Shown: in pieces, positions 25,470 through 35,889 of the stretch
Numbering within the stretch: position 1 is the stretch's first letter
Layout of the letters: each line of letters starts with the position of its first letter
Source: Bacteroidota bacterium
GTDB taxonomy: Bacteria > Bacteroidota > Ignavibacteria > UBA10030
Length of the DNA: 64,000 bases
NCBI GenBank assembly: GCA_040901865.1
Contig: JBBDYD010000191.1
Coordinates: 3,242-67,241 of the forward strand
Direction: 5' to 3'
The notes under the pieces: generated by a model
Seen by the model: only the letters and a program-made list of their open reading frames with translations
Database searches by the model: none
What the model was told of the DNA's origin: nothing
Translations under genes and position numbers: made by a program

Positions 25470-27020
25470 ATGCTTCTTCACCAACGATTTATTGAAATAG
25501 CGAAACGGTTCGGGAAAAAACCCGCAATCGTTGACCGAACGCTGAATCGCCGCGTAACATACTCGAAAGCCCTGATCGGATCTCTTATTCTCTGCGAAAA
25601 ATTCAAAGTCTTCGACAGCGGCTTCCTCGGGATTATGCTGCCAACGTCAGTCGGAGCAGTCCTCTCAACCCTGGGGGCTTTAATGAGCGGGCGTGTGCCG
25701 GTCATGATCAACTATTCCACGGGTGCCGCGCAAAACGTCGAATACGCTCAGAAAAAATGCGACTTTCGGACGATCATTACCGCCCGGGCGTTGCTGGAGA
25801 AGATAAAATGTCCCGTGGTTCCAGGCATGGTGTTCCTCGAAGACATCATGAGCAAAGTAACCCTCGGGGACAAACTCTCCGCCCTCATCAAGTCCAAGCT
25901 CCCGTTGTCAATACTCCTCAAGACCCTCCACGGCGGAACAGAAGATGACGATGTCGTTGTTTTGTTTACGAGCGGGAGTGAAAAGGAGCCGAAGGCGGTC
26001 GAGCTAACGCATGCGAACATCGTTTCCAATGTCGAAAGCATTTCCTCGACGCTGGACATTTCCCATAAAGACATCTTTCTTGCAAACCTCCCCTATTTTC
26101 ATATCTTCGGTCAAACCGGAAACCTCTGGGCACCTCTCTATCACGGAATGACATTGGTCAGTTACGCGAACCCCATCGACTATAAGACCATCTGTGATAT
26201 TGTTCGTGAGGAGCGATGTACCCTGATGGTCGGTACGCCGAGTTTTCTGTGGGGCTATGTGCGCAAGTCGGAGCCCGGTGATTTCAAGAGCGTGAGAATA
26301 GCCCTGACTGGAGCGGACAAATGTCCCGACGCGCTGCGCAAGGAATTTCGTGACAAACACTCGATCGAGCTTCTTGAGGCCTACGGGGCGACAGAAACCA
26401 GTCCCGGTATCTCCGTGAATACGCCGTCTGCGAACAAACCCGGAAGCGTCGGCCGGCCCATCCCGGGAGTGAAGGTCCGCATTGAACACTATGAGACAGG
26501 CGAGGTGTGTAGACCGGGCGAGATCGGAAAGATCCTCGTTCAGGGAAAGAACGTCATGAAGGGGTATTTTGATGACTTCGAACAAACATCCCTCCACATT
26601 CGTCACGGTTGGTATGACACCGGAGATATGGGATATATGGATGAAGACGGATACCTCTGGCATGTCGGACGGCTAAAGCGATTCCTGAAGATCGGGGGGG
26701 AAATGGTGTCGCTCATCCGGGTGGAGGATGTTCTCGAACGGTTTCTTCCCCCCGATGTGCTATGCTGTGTTGTTGAAGTTCCTGACCACGTCAAGGGTGC
26801 GAAAATCGTCGCTGTCGTAACGCACTCACTCGATGAGAAAGCCATCCTGAAACGCATGGCCGACCACCTGCCAAACATCGCTCTTCCGAAGCAATTTGTT
26901 GTATTGGAAGACCTTCCCAAGATGGCTTCGGGGAAAATCGATTTCCGGACAATCACCGATACGGTGCGGGATATCCTGCAGAACCGCATGTCTTCCCCCC
27001 TTTCAACCCTCGGAAAATAG
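25470..27020 (+). CDS. AMP-dependent acyl-CoA/acyl-ACP synthetase (Aas C-terminal-domain-like)
   Basis: 516 aa with adenylate-forming motifs LFTSGSEKEPKAV, EAYGATETS and WYDTGDMG. Confidence 0.9.
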   Translation: MLLHQRFIEIAKRFGKKPAIVDRTLNRRVTYSKALIGSLILCEKFKVFDSGFLGIMLPTSVGAVLSTLGALMSGRVPVMINYSTGAAQNVEYAQKKCDFRTIITARALLEKIKCPVVPGMVFLEDIMSKVTLGDKLSALIKSKLPLSILLKTLHGGTEDDDVVVLFTSGSEKEPKAVELTHANIVSNVESISSTLDISHKDIFLANLPYFHIFGQTGNLWAPLYHGMTLVSYANPIDYKTICDIVREERCTLMVGTPSFLWGYVRKSEPGDFKSVRIALTGADKCPDALRKEFRDKHSIELLEAYGATETSPGISVNTPSANKPGSVGRPIPGVKVRIEHYETGEVCRPGEIGKILVQGKNVMKGYFDDFEQTSLHIRHGWYDTGDMGYMDEDGYLWHVGRLKRFLKIGGEMVSLIRVEDVLERFLPPDVLCCVVEVPDHVKGAKIVAVVTHSLDEKAILKRMADHLPNIALPKQFVVLEDLPKMASGKIDFRTITDTVRDILQNRMSSPLSTLGK

Positions 27021-27126
27021 TCACATTTTTGCCATTTGGACGCCGTAAGTCTTTTCTAATCATCAGGTTGCGAAACTTTTGGGTGGGTGGAACGTATCTC
27101 CTGAAGTACCCTGACCAGGAGAAACC

Positions 27127-28977
27127 ATGCAACGTAGCCATTCAAAGAATCCGACTTTGTTTGTTCTTGTAATCGCTCTTGCGCTTACAATTCCCGGTGC
27201 TGCAATCCATCCGCCCGCAATTACCACTGATTCAACTCCGCCAGCACAGCGCGAAATTCTCTCTCTCCGCGATTTCACCGAGGTTGAAGTCAAAGGAGCG
27301 GGATTTTCGATCAGCAAAGACGCCCGCGTCAACATTTCCGCGCTCGGCGGTGGCGACCGTGTATTTTGGCGCGATGTATTTGACGCCGCAGACGAATCGA
27401 GAATGTACGCCGCCGGCTGGATCATCAATGCCGATACGCGCGAACGAGTGTGGGAAATGACCATGGATAACACAACAGGCAAGACCCACAGCCGGTCGTT
27501 CGACGGATCACTCGATCTTAAACGAGGCTCGTACGAAGTGTACTATGCCGCGCACGGGTACTACCGCAGTTCAACGTTCTCCACCTCGTCGATCAACATC
27601 GACCGCCGATCGGAGAAAAACAGCCGGCGATGGTCGGGTGTGAATTTCTTTGGGTTGTTTTCCGACAACGACTCCAACCTCTATGAAGACTTCATGGAGT
27701 ATGCCCCGGACTACGGCATCACGATCTCGGTTGACGAATCCGATGCGTCACAAGTTGAACGGTTCGATGCTCCGCGAGCGTTTCCCAACACGGTGTTCAA
27801 GGCGACACGCGTGGGTGATCGGGAAGTGGTGAAGCGCGCGTTTTTCGTTCAATCCCCCGTAACCTTGTACCTGTACGTTTTGGGCGAAGGGCGAAAGCGG
27901 GATGAGATTTTTGATTATGGGTGGATTGTAAACAGCGCGACGCGTGAACGGGTGTGGAATATGAACGATCGCAACGTCCGGCACGCTGGCGGGGCATCCA
28001 AGAACATCCGATGGAGCGGTGAAGTCCAGCTCGGCCGGGGAACCTATGAGGTGTATTACGTGACGGATGACTCCAATTCGGACGAGGACTGGAATTCCAA
28101 GCCGCCGTTCGATCCCTTTAATTATGGGATCACAATTACGGTGCCGAACGAAGGAGATCGCGGCAAAATCACTCCGACGGAATTTCCAGATCCAGCCTCG
28201 AAAGCAATTGTGTCACTCACCAAAGTGAACGACGATGAATTCGTGAGTGCGGGGTTCACCTTGAAGCAGGAAACCCGCCTCCGGGTCTATGCCATTGGAG
28301 AACGCGAGCACGATGACGACATGGCGGACTATGGCTGGATTGTCCGGGCAAAAAATCGTGAACGGGTGTGGTCTATGGAAGATCGAGAGACGCTGCATGC
28401 CGGGGGAGCAACCAAAAATCGACTTGTTGACGAAGTGATAACGCTTCCGGCGGGAAGCTACATTGCCTATTACCAGACAGATGGATCCCATGCGTTCGAG
28501 GATTGGAATTCCGATCCACCGTTCGACGAGGAGTACTATGGAATCACCATTAGCGGGGTCGGCGAACAATTCGATCCGGGGACAGTGACATCGTTCAATG
28601 AAGGCGAAGAAGCCAACGTGTTTGCCCAGTTGATTCGCGTTCGGGATGACCGTCACGTCAGCAAGTCCTTTACCATTGACAAATCGACTCGGGTACGCAT
28701 CTACGCGATCGGCGAAGGGGTTGACCGTGAAATGGCGGACTACGGTTGGCTTGAAGATCGGCGCCCGGGGAGGATTGTGTGGGAAATGACGTACGGCATG
28801 ACGGATTGGGCCGGCGGGGCGCGAAAGAACCGGACGGTGAGTACAACGCTGATCCTGGAACCGGGCGAATATGAGCTGCATTTCAAGACGGATGGTTCCC
28901 ATTCTTACAATGATTGGAACGACGATGCTCCGGACGACCGGATGCATTGGGGAATCACTGTTTATAAAGACCAATAA
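27127..28977 (+). CDS. Secreted protein built from four tandem copies of an unassigned ~135-aa module
   Basis: 616 aa with a signal peptide and an AGGAGA RBS. Repeated signature [DY]YGW[IL]...R.RVW.M....AGGA.KNR....L..G.YE.....D.S...DWN..PP.D..YGIT at about aa 95, 264, 402 and 539. Confidence 0.8.
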   Translation: MQRSHSKNPTLFVLVIALALTIPGAAIHPPAITTDSTPPAQREILSLRDFTEVEVKGAGFSISKDARVNISALGGGDRVFWRDVFDAADESRMYAAGWIINADTRERVWEMTMDNTTGKTHSRSFDGSLDLKRGSYEVYYAAHGYYRSSTFSTSSINIDRRSEKNSRRWSGVNFFGLFSDNDSNLYEDFMEYAPDYGITISVDESDASQVERFDAPRAFPNTVFKATRVGDREVVKRAFFVQSPVTLYLYVLGEGRKRDEIFDYGWIVNSATRERVWNMNDRNVRHAGGASKNIRWSGEVQLGRGTYEVYYVTDDSNSDEDWNSKPPFDPFNYGITITVPNEGDRGKITPTEFPDPASKAIVSLTKVNDDEFVSAGFTLKQETRLRVYAIGEREHDDDMADYGWIVRAKNRERVWSMEDRETLHAGGATKNRLVDEVITLPAGSYIAYYQTDGSHAFEDWNSDPPFDEEYYGITISGVGEQFDPGTVTSFNEGEEANVFAQLIRVRDDRHVSKSFTIDKSTRVRIYAIGEGVDREMADYGWLEDRRPGRIVWEMTYGMTDWAGGARKNRTVSTTLILEPGEYELHFKTDGSHSYNDWNDDAPDDRMHWGITVYKDQ

Positions 28978-29006
28978 TCCGTTCGCTATCCTTCGGCGAA
29001 CATGCG

Positions 29007-29055
29007 GATGCATCGGAGCGGGGACAAGCAAAGCAGCTCCGGTGCATCTTTTTTT
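29007..29055 (+). terminator. Rho-independent terminator of the repeat-protein gene
   Basis: 13-bp stem pairs 29007-29019 with 29036-29048 (one G-U pair), followed by T7 at 29049-29055. Confidence 0.8.
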
Positions 29056-29082
29056 ATTTCCCTTGCTCGGTTATATTGCTCA

Positions 29083-29547
29083 ATGAACTTCCTTGCCTTC
29101 ATTCTGATTGCGTTGCCGGCCGCTCAGGATTTTCAACACCAATCCATCCGGCTCGTCGTTCGCAAGAGTGAGTACGCGCTTTCCGTATTCCGCGGAGATT
29201 CCCTCCTCACGACCTATCAAATAGCAGTGGGGCAGAACTCCGGAGAAAAACAGCGACCGGGTGATAAAAGAACACCGGTTGGAGAGTTCACAATTTCTCA
29301 GATTCAAAACTCTGGCACCTGGGTTCGTGATTTCGGTGACGGAAAAGGTCACGTTCCCGGCGCGTACGGGCCGTGGTTCCTGAGACTCAAGACACCCGGA
29401 TGGACGGGAATCGGGATTCACGGAACACATGATCCCTCCTCCCTCGGTACGATGGCGACTGAAGGATGCATACGGCTCTCCAACGAGAATATCGCGGAAC
29501 TAAAAAAACTGGTGACCATTGGCACTCCGGTTGCAATCTCTCCGTGA
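29083..29547 (+). CDS. L,D-transpeptidase (YkuD domain)
   Basis: About 154 aa from ATG 29083, downstream of the terminator. Signal-like N-terminus and catalytic motif GIHGTHDPSSLGTMATEGCIRLSN. Confidence 0.9.
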   Translation: MNFLAFILIALPAAQDFQHQSIRLVVRKSEYALSVFRGDSLLTTYQIAVGQNSGEKQRPGDKRTPVGEFTISQIQNSGTWVRDFGDGKGHVPGAYGPWFLRLKTPGWTGIGIHGTHDPSSLGTMATEGCIRLSNENIAELKKLVTIGTPVAISP

Positions 29548-29623
29548 AATCCCCGATGTGATCCCTCGCAAACAACGCGATTGATTGCATCTCCCTCTAT
29601 CTTCCCCTATATTCTTCGAAACC

Positions 29624-30097
29624 ATGGCACTTCTCATTCGACCGGCGCGGGCGGACGATGCCCCCTTGATTGCTCAGTTTAACGCCTTGATGGCCCTCGA
29701 AACCGAACACCGCACCTTGGACCACGAGACGCTGAGGAAAGGCGTGGAGACGGTTGTCCGAGAATCGTCCCACGGAACATATTACGTGGCTGAAATGGAT
29801 GAAAAAGTGGTGGGGCAACTCCTGATTACGTATGAATGGAGTGACTGGCGCAACGGCGTGTTCTGGTGGATTCAAAGCGTGTACGTCCCAGAAGAGTTTC
29901 GCGGGCGTGGAGTTTTTAAAGCCTTGTACCGGCATGTTGAAAGCATGGCCCGAAAACAGATCGGCGTCTGTGGCCTTCGCCTCTATGTGGAGCATGACAA
30001 CCAGAGCGCTATTCGGACCTATCAAAAACTCGGGATGGAAAAGACGCCGTACGAGCTGTATGAAATTGATTTTGTTCTCGGAAAGGGCTCCCGATGA
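29624..30097 (+). CDS. GNAT family N-acetyltransferase
   Basis: About 157 aa. Acetyl-CoA binding region VPEEFRGRGVFKALY. The start at 29624 (MALLIRPARADD) is typical of the family. Confidence 0.85.
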   Translation: MALLIRPARADDAPLIAQFNALMALETEHRTLDHETLRKGVETVVRESSHGTYYVAEMDEKVVGQLLITYEWSDWRNGVFWWIQSVYVPEEFRGRGVFKALYRHVESMARKQIGVCGLRLYVEHDNQSAIRTYQKLGMEKTPYELYEIDFVLGKGSR

Positions 30098-30741
30098 CGT
30101 GCTGTAGCGGGCAGGAATGTGCCGGAGCAAACAGGTTCTTCTCGCGATTCTCGGCAAAATATGCCAAGCGCTTTCGAAAGAAGGGCCTTGAAAAGGTTCA
30201 ACAGCACCTCCTGAAAGGGATTCAACGTGCCCCTGTTTCTTCGGCAGAGATACTTGATATTGGCTGCGGCGTTGGTGCACTGCACATTGCTCTCCTCCAG
30301 GAGGGAGCCATGCGTGCCACAGGAGTCGATGCTGCGGTGGGGATGATCAGACAGGCGCGCACATTTGCAAGAGAGCATGGCGTGCTTGAACAGGTCAATT
30401 ATGTGTTGGGAGACTTCACCCGCGTTGCAGACGACCTCGCGCCGGCCGACATCACGATTCTTGATAAAGTTGTTTGCTGCTATGAGAACGTTGATGAACT
30501 TGTTGGCAAATCGCTTGAGAAAACTCGTCGAGTCTACGCGCTCAGCATGCCGCGGGAGAGTCTCATTGTGCGCTGGGGGTTCGCGATTGAGATATTCTTT
30601 GCAAAACTATTCAAAGCCACCTTCCGTCCGTACTGGCACAACTGGAAGAACCTTCGCGCCAAGATCACCTCGCGGGGATTCAGGCCCGTCTATGAGAACC
30701 GCACAATTCTATGGAGCATCGCTGTCTTTGAACGCGCCTGA
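30094..30741 (+). CDS. Class I SAM-dependent methyltransferase with a Cys-rich N-terminus
   Basis: 215 aa with motif I ILDIGCGVGAL and N-terminus MTCCSGQEC. ATGA overlap with the GNAT gene. Confidence 0.8.
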   Translation: MTCCSGQECAGANRFFSRFSAKYAKRFRKKGLEKVQQHLLKGIQRAPVSSAEILDIGCGVGALHIALLQEGAMRATGVDAAVGMIRQARTFAREHGVLEQVNYVLGDFTRVADDLAPADITILDKVVCCYENVDELVGKSLEKTRRVYALSMPRESLIVRWGFAIEIFFAKLFKATFRPYWHNWKNLRAKITSRGFRPVYENRTILWSIAVFERA

Positions 30742-30759
30742 TAGGGTCCCGATTTCCTC

Positions 30760-32067
30760 ATGAATGCACCCGGGTTCCGTTCTTTCGTTCCGCTCGTTCA
30801 GTCAGGTGGCCTCATTCTGATCCCAGCGGCCCTGATTTCGTGCCTGATGCTCGCTTCCCTCGCCCTGGGTACGTTGAATCCCCTCTTTGACGATTCGATG
30901 CATCGAACGGGCAAAGGAGCGGACTTCTTCGCTGTGTATCAAGCCGGAACAAATCTGGTAGAAGGCATCAGCATCTATTCGACAGACCCCGTTCGTCAGG
31001 AAGTCCCATACTATTATCCCTACCGATACCACCCTTTTGTCGCTCTCACCATAGGCCTTGCCGCACAGCTTCTTCCTCCGTTCGCTGCTTATGGGGTCTG
31101 GATTATCATTGTGGAAATCTTGTTGATCGTCAATGCCTTCAAAACGTGGTCACTGTTTCAGGATAAACACCACGCTGCGCTCGCAGTTTCACTCTGGCTC
31201 GTTTTCTCTCCACTCTATCTCGAACTCTTCATGGGACAGTTTTCATTCCTGATGGCAAGCCTGGTGTTCTGGGCGCTTCTGGCCTGGATTCAAGGAGCCC
31301 GAACACGAGGCGACACTTGGTGGACACTCTCCCTTATCGTGAAGTCCAATTCCGTTCTGTTTGTGCCCGCCCTGTTACGCGAGGGCCGTTGGAAAACGGT
31401 TGCCATCGGCGGCGCAGTTGCAGCGGCCATCGCAATTCCCTATTTCGCAGTCGTACCCGGGACCTATGAGCAATTCGCTCAGAATTACTCGGGCCGGATG
31501 ACCATGTCAACACTTTTGGGAAACCAGGGCTTTGCCGCTCTCATTGGCATCGCAATCCTCCGCACCAGCGGACTCTGGACGGATGATCTCCAGGTGCTCG
31601 GGCAACGAGTACCGCAAATGGACCAATTGATGGAGATTCCATTGCTCCTCTGGACCCTCATGGTCTTGGGCGGCACTCTTCTTATAACGCTCAGGTCAAA
31701 ACGGAACTCCAATCCGGAAGTCTATCTCCTCTGGATTCTCGCTTACTTCCTTTTCTACAAGCATGTCTGGGAACATCACTATGTCATGTTGCTGCCAGTG
31801 TTTGTCCTCCTCTACTACAGAATGATCTCAGGCGGACTTTCCCTTTCAAAGAATGTGTTCTGGTGGTCATATGCGGTGATTGCCCTTCCGTCCCTGTTCG
31901 TGTTCTTTGATCAATCACCCGTCTTGTTCGATCCGGAACTTTCGTGGGAGGCCTGGAAGAGCTTTGCCTTTCACGTTCCGAAACCCCTGGCTGTCCTCGT
32001 CCTCTTCGTCAGTCTCGGCCGGGAGCTTCTCGAGCCCTCCGGTTTACCTCCGATCAAATCCCAATGA
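30760..32067 (+). CDS. Polytopic membrane glycosyltransferase-like protein (GT87/DUF2029-like)
   Basis: 435 aa with about 10 or more TM helices. The first-loop motif GADFFAVYQAGTNLVEGISIY resembles the DUF2029 signature. Confidence 0.7.
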   Translation: MNAPGFRSFVPLVQSGGLILIPAALISCLMLASLALGTLNPLFDDSMHRTGKGADFFAVYQAGTNLVEGISIYSTDPVRQEVPYYYPYRYHPFVALTIGLAAQLLPPFAAYGVWIIIVEILLIVNAFKTWSLFQDKHHAALAVSLWLVFSPLYLELFMGQFSFLMASLVFWALLAWIQGARTRGDTWWTLSLIVKSNSVLFVPALLREGRWKTVAIGGAVAAAIAIPYFAVVPGTYEQFAQNYSGRMTMSTLLGNQGFAALIGIAILRTSGLWTDDLQVLGQRVPQMDQLMEIPLLLWTLMVLGGTLLITLRSKRNSNPEVYLLWILAYFLFYKHVWEHHYVMLLPVFVLLYYRMISGGLSLSKNVFWWSYAVIALPSLFVFFDQSPVLFDPELSWEAWKSFAFHVPKPLAVLVLFVSLGRELLEPSGLPPIKSQ

Positions 32068-34031
32068 CACTTCATCCGCGGGATGTTGTTCTTGTGATAG
32101 CAGCTCTTGTTTGTCTGGCTCTCGCCGTGGCCATGGGATCGTTCGCTTATTATAGCAACGAGAGTTTCGGATTTCCGCTTGACGATCCCTGGATTCATCT
32201 GCAATTTGCAGAAAATCTTGCGGAGCACGGTGCCTTCTCATACTACAAAGATGAATTGGTCACCTCGGGATCGACGGCGCCGTTCTACACCCTTCTCCTT
32301 GCTGCGGGGTTGCTGGTCACGGACAATGAAATGGTTCTTAGTTACGTGATTGGCGTTCTGATGTTCCTGGTCGCCATCTTCCTATTCCTCAGGACTGCTG
32401 AGCACTCTTTCCGCGGCCGATCATGGCTTGCGTTTGGCGGAGTGTTCCTCCTTGCCATGGAACCGCGCCTTCACTGGGCGGCGTTGTCGGGGATGGAAAC
32501 GACACTCTTCGTTGCCCTTCTTCTCGCTGTGTTCCATTCGTACACGGGTCGAAAACCGGTTGCCTTGGGCATCAGCGCGGGCCTTCTGCTGTGGACACGC
32601 CCTGAAGCCGTGATCCTTTTTGGCGCCCTGATCGCCGATCTTGCGTTCAAGGCTTTTTTCGCAAACCGAACGGAAAAACGAGGGTTTGATGAATACTCCT
32701 GGCTGGTGAAAAGCGCCGTGATTGTCCTATTGCTGGGAGCCGGATACGCGTTATTCAATTTCGTCCTTTCCGGTTCGTTGTTGCCCAACACGTACGCGGC
32801 AAAGTTGAAATATTATTCGGGAACAGGAAGAAATTTCCCGGTTGAAGTGTTCCGTTATCTGACCGACGGTCATCTGATACTCCTCGCACCATTTTGCGGT
32901 GTGGGGATGGTCCTGACGATTTTTCAGCTGGCGAGAGGGAAGCATTCAGTCGGAATCATCCCCCTGCTGTTTGTGATTGGAATGTTTTTGGCGTACTGGA
33001 TCAAATTACCATACATGTACCAGAACGGGCGGTATTTGATGCCGGTGCTTCCCTTCTACCTGTTTCTCGGGTTGGTCGGAATAGATTGGCTCATAACAAA
33101 GGGGATTGGGTTTCTCAAGTTCTCCGTTAAGGAAAAATTGATTCCCCGAATCGGACTCGCCCTGCTCGGTATCATCGCCATTCAGTTTGGATACGGTACG
33201 TGGAAAGAGCGGAGTTCATACCAGGAATCCTGTAAATATATTTCGGACCGTCAGGTAAAAACGGCGCACTGGATTCGCGAACATCTTCCGGAAACAGCTG
33301 TCATTGCCACTCACGATGTTGGGGCAATTGCCTATTACTCTCAACGGAAGATCGTCGATATGGTGGGTCTTATCACTCCGGAGATGATTCCGCGCATTGG
33401 CAACCTGGAATTGCTGAAAGGATTTTTGCGGGAGCAACATGTAACGCACCTGGCACTTCTTCGGAATTGGTTTGAAGTTGTCAATGTCAATCCCTTGTTT
33501 CAAACAAACGAACTCACGCCGGAAATCATGGAAGTGTTTGCGTTTGAGCCGGATCGCACTCATTTTACAACGAGCCAGGTTGCTTGGTTGACGTCGACCG
33601 GATGGTATTATCTTGCGCGCGGCGATGTGCGGCAGGGAGGCCCCCTGGTGGAGAAGGCTGTTCAACTCGATTCGCTCTCATCCCGTGCTCATCACCATTT
33701 CGGCTGGGCGTTATCGCTGGCCGGGCAGATCGACAGGGCGGAAGAAGAATTCAGAAAGTCCATAGACCTGCATCCGTCGTACTGGCAGGCACATTTCGCC
33801 CTCGCCCAGGTTCCGCTCAGGCGTCAACAGCCGGCCGAAGCGATCACGCGGTTACAAAAACTCCTCGCTGCCAATCCGGATATGCTGGCTGTCTATCAAT
33901 CGATAGCCCAGATTTACGGGCAAATGGGAGATACAACAAAAGCACGGCGTTCATTGGAGCAATTCCAGAGAGAAATGGAAATGAGAGCAAAGCGGGAAGG
34001 CGAGAAACCTTATTCCGGTTTACCTCGTTAA
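32064..34031 (+). CDS. GT-C-fold (ArnT/PMT-like) membrane glycosyltransferase fused to C-terminal TPR repeats
   Basis: About 655 aa from ATG 32064, with an ATGA overlap. First-loop acidic motif FPLDDPWIHLQFAENL, a polytopic core, and a C-terminal ~130 aa of TPR repeats. Confidence 0.7.
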   Translation: MTLHPRDVVLVIAALVCLALAVAMGSFAYYSNESFGFPLDDPWIHLQFAENLAEHGAFSYYKDELVTSGSTAPFYTLLLAAGLLVTDNEMVLSYVIGVLMFLVAIFLFLRTAEHSFRGRSWLAFGGVFLLAMEPRLHWAALSGMETTLFVALLLAVFHSYTGRKPVALGISAGLLLWTRPEAVILFGALIADLAFKAFFANRTEKRGFDEYSWLVKSAVIVLLLGAGYALFNFVLSGSLLPNTYAAKLKYYSGTGRNFPVEVFRYLTDGHLILLAPFCGVGMVLTIFQLARGKHSVGIIPLLFVIGMFLAYWIKLPYMYQNGRYLMPVLPFYLFLGLVGIDWLITKGIGFLKFSVKEKLIPRIGLALLGIIAIQFGYGTWKERSSYQESCKYISDRQVKTAHWIREHLPETAVIATHDVGAIAYYSQRKIVDMVGLITPEMIPRIGNLELLKGFLREQHVTHLALLRNWFEVVNVNPLFQTNELTPEIMEVFAFEPDRTHFTTSQVAWLTSTGWYYLARGDVRQGGPLVEKAVQLDSLSSRAHHHFGWALSLAGQIDRAEEEFRKSIDLHPSYWQAHFALAQVPLRRQQPAEAITRLQKLLAANPDMLAVYQSIAQIYGQMGDTTKARRSLEQFQREMEMRAKREGEKPYSGLPR

Positions 34032-34038
34032 GAAGAAC

Positions 34039-35889
34039 ATGAACCTGCGATCCGTTTCCATACTCTTGTTCCTCATGGCCGCTGTCCTTCCGGTTTGGGC
34101 ACAAACTCCTGACGCCTCGGTCAAACTGCGTCTCGCTCAAAGTTTTGAGCGTTCCGGCGACTGGGAACGGGCGGTTCCGATCTATGAGTCGCTCCTTTTT
34201 GGAGAACCGCAAAATTTCGTTTACTACGATGCCCTCCGCCGCGGATATATCCAGCTAAAAGAGTACGACAAAGCGATCGAATTGATTCGCTACCGGCTCA
34301 CTCTTCAGCCCGACAGCCACTTGCTGTTATCTTCGCTCGGCGGAGTGTACTATCAGAAAGGGGAAGAGCAAAAAGCTGATTCTGTATGGCAGGCAATTCT
34401 TCGGTCTAATCCCTCGAATGTTAACCTGTACAGAATGATCGCCGGCCAGATGATGGAGTACAGGCTGTACGATCAGGCAATTTCCCTTTTTCTTCAGGCA
34501 CGTCAGGTAACAGGGGATGCGAACCTCTTTACGGGAGAACTTGCAAACCTCTATGGTGCATTTCAGCAATACGAGAATGCAGCCCGCGAGTACGTTCGCC
34601 TCTTAACGCAACAGCCCTCCCAGCTGGCCGATATTCAGTCACGGATGTCTCTTTTTTTGAATCGACCGGAAGCCGTCGCCTCCGCCACAAAGGCACTCCA
34701 GGAAGCACTTGATGCCAGAGGGAATCTCATTCCGCTTCGGCAACTCTACGCCTGGATTTTGATGGAAGGAAAGGATTATTCTGCCGCGTTGGATCAATTT
34801 AGAATCATTGACCGGTCTTCAAATGCCCGCGGTGTTGAGCTCTTCAATTTTGCCCAGCGGGCCCTGGAAGAGAGGGAACTGGGAACTGCAGTCAAGGCGT
34901 ATCAGGAAGTTCTGTCAATTTCTCCCCCGAAGGAGATTCAGCCTGCAGCGCGTCTCGGGCTTGCCAGAGCTACCGAAGAGTTGAGTATCGCCATCGACTC
35001 GACGCTTTCGCCGGGATCCGGGGAATCCTGGCCCGTGTCGGAGACCCGGCCGTCCATTGGCAGCGCCCTGGGTCTCTTCGAGGCAATCATCCGCGATTAT
35101 CCCGGGACACCCATTGCCGCCCAGGCATATTTCCGCATAGGTGTCATCAAAAGGGATCGATCTTTTGATCTCGATGGGGCGTTCGCGGCGTTTGCCAGCA
35201 TTCCGACGATTGTGCCCGACAGTCCCTTAGCCCTGGAAGGCTCTCTCGCAGCTGCAGGTGTCCTTATTGCCCGTAATGACCTGGCGGCCGCCAGGAATCG
35301 CTATATCGCGTTATTGGGGAACCGTGACCCCCTCCAGCGGGACCGGGTGCTCTTTCATCTGGCAGAGATTGACTACTTTACCGCCTCGTTCGATACTGCG
35401 CTCAGTGTGCTGAAGCGTCTTTCGCTGCAGTCATCGACCGACCTAGCGAACAATGCCCTTGAACTTCGGTACTTTATCGAAGAAAACATCGGCACGAGCA
35501 CTCAGGGACTGAAGCTGTTTGCTGCATCCGACTTACTCATGCGGCAGCGAAGATACCCGGAAGCTCTGGAGGGTTTTCGGGAAGTGGTCCGTCAGTTTCC
35601 CGCAGTGCTGCTTGTCGATGATGCGACGATCAGGATTGGCGAGCTGCAGCTTCTTCTGGAAAAACCCCTCGAGGCGGTGAACACATTTCGCTCGATGGTA
35701 AGCGACATGACCGCGAGCATCCTCCGCGACCGCGCCCTCATGCGGATTGGAGAAATCTATGAGCAGAGACTAAACAATCCTGTGTTGGCAATTGAAGTAT
35801 ATGAGGAATTGTTAAAACTGTTTCCCATGTCGCTCTATGCAGAAGAAGCCCGCCGACGGATGCGCAGGCTGCGGGGAGACGTAATCTGA
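34039..35889 (+). CDS. Secreted TPR-repeat protein
   Basis: 616 aa with a signal peptide (LPVWAQ) and TPR-like repeats throughout. Confidence 0.8.
   Translation: MNLRSVSILLFLMAAVLPVWAQTPDASVKLRLAQSFERSGDWERAVPIYESLLFGEPQNFVYYDALRRGYIQLKEYDKAIELIRYRLTLQPDSHLLLSSLGGVYYQKGEEQKADSVWQAILRSNPSNVNLYRMIAGQMMEYRLYDQAISLFLQARQVTGDANLFTGELANLYGAFQQYENAAREYVRLLTQQPSQLADIQSRMSLFLNRPEAVASATKALQEALDARGNLIPLRQLYAWILMEGKDYSAALDQFRIIDRSSNARGVELFNFAQRALEERELGTAVKAYQEVLSISPPKEIQPAARLGLARATEELSIAIDSTLSPGSGESWPVSETRPSIGSALGLFEAIIRDYPGTPIAAQAYFRIGVIKRDRSFDLDGAFAAFASIPTIVPDSPLALEGSLAAAGVLIARNDLAAARNRYIALLGNRDPLQRDRVLFHLAEIDYFTASFDTALSVLKRLSLQSSTDLANNALELRYFIEENIGTSTQGLKLFAASDLLMRQRRYPEALEGFREVVRQFPAVLLVDDATIRIGELQLLLEKPLEAVNTFRSMVSDMTASILRDRALMRIGEIYEQRLNNPVLAIEVYEELLKLFPMSLYAEEARRRMRRLRGDVI

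Noticed and set aside
28213-29031. 272-aa minus-strand ORF
   Set aside because: It is antisense to the four-repeat protein gene. The + strand frame shows the repeated conserved module and has its own RBS and terminator.
31944-32063. N-terminal extension of the GT-C/TPR ORF; similar extensions occur at 29002, 29585, 44888, 50673, 58353 and 59463
   Set aside because: The extensions overlap upstream genes or terminators and lack signal or TM features. Internal starts give proper signal peptides or family-typical N-termini, often with an RBS or ATGA coupling.
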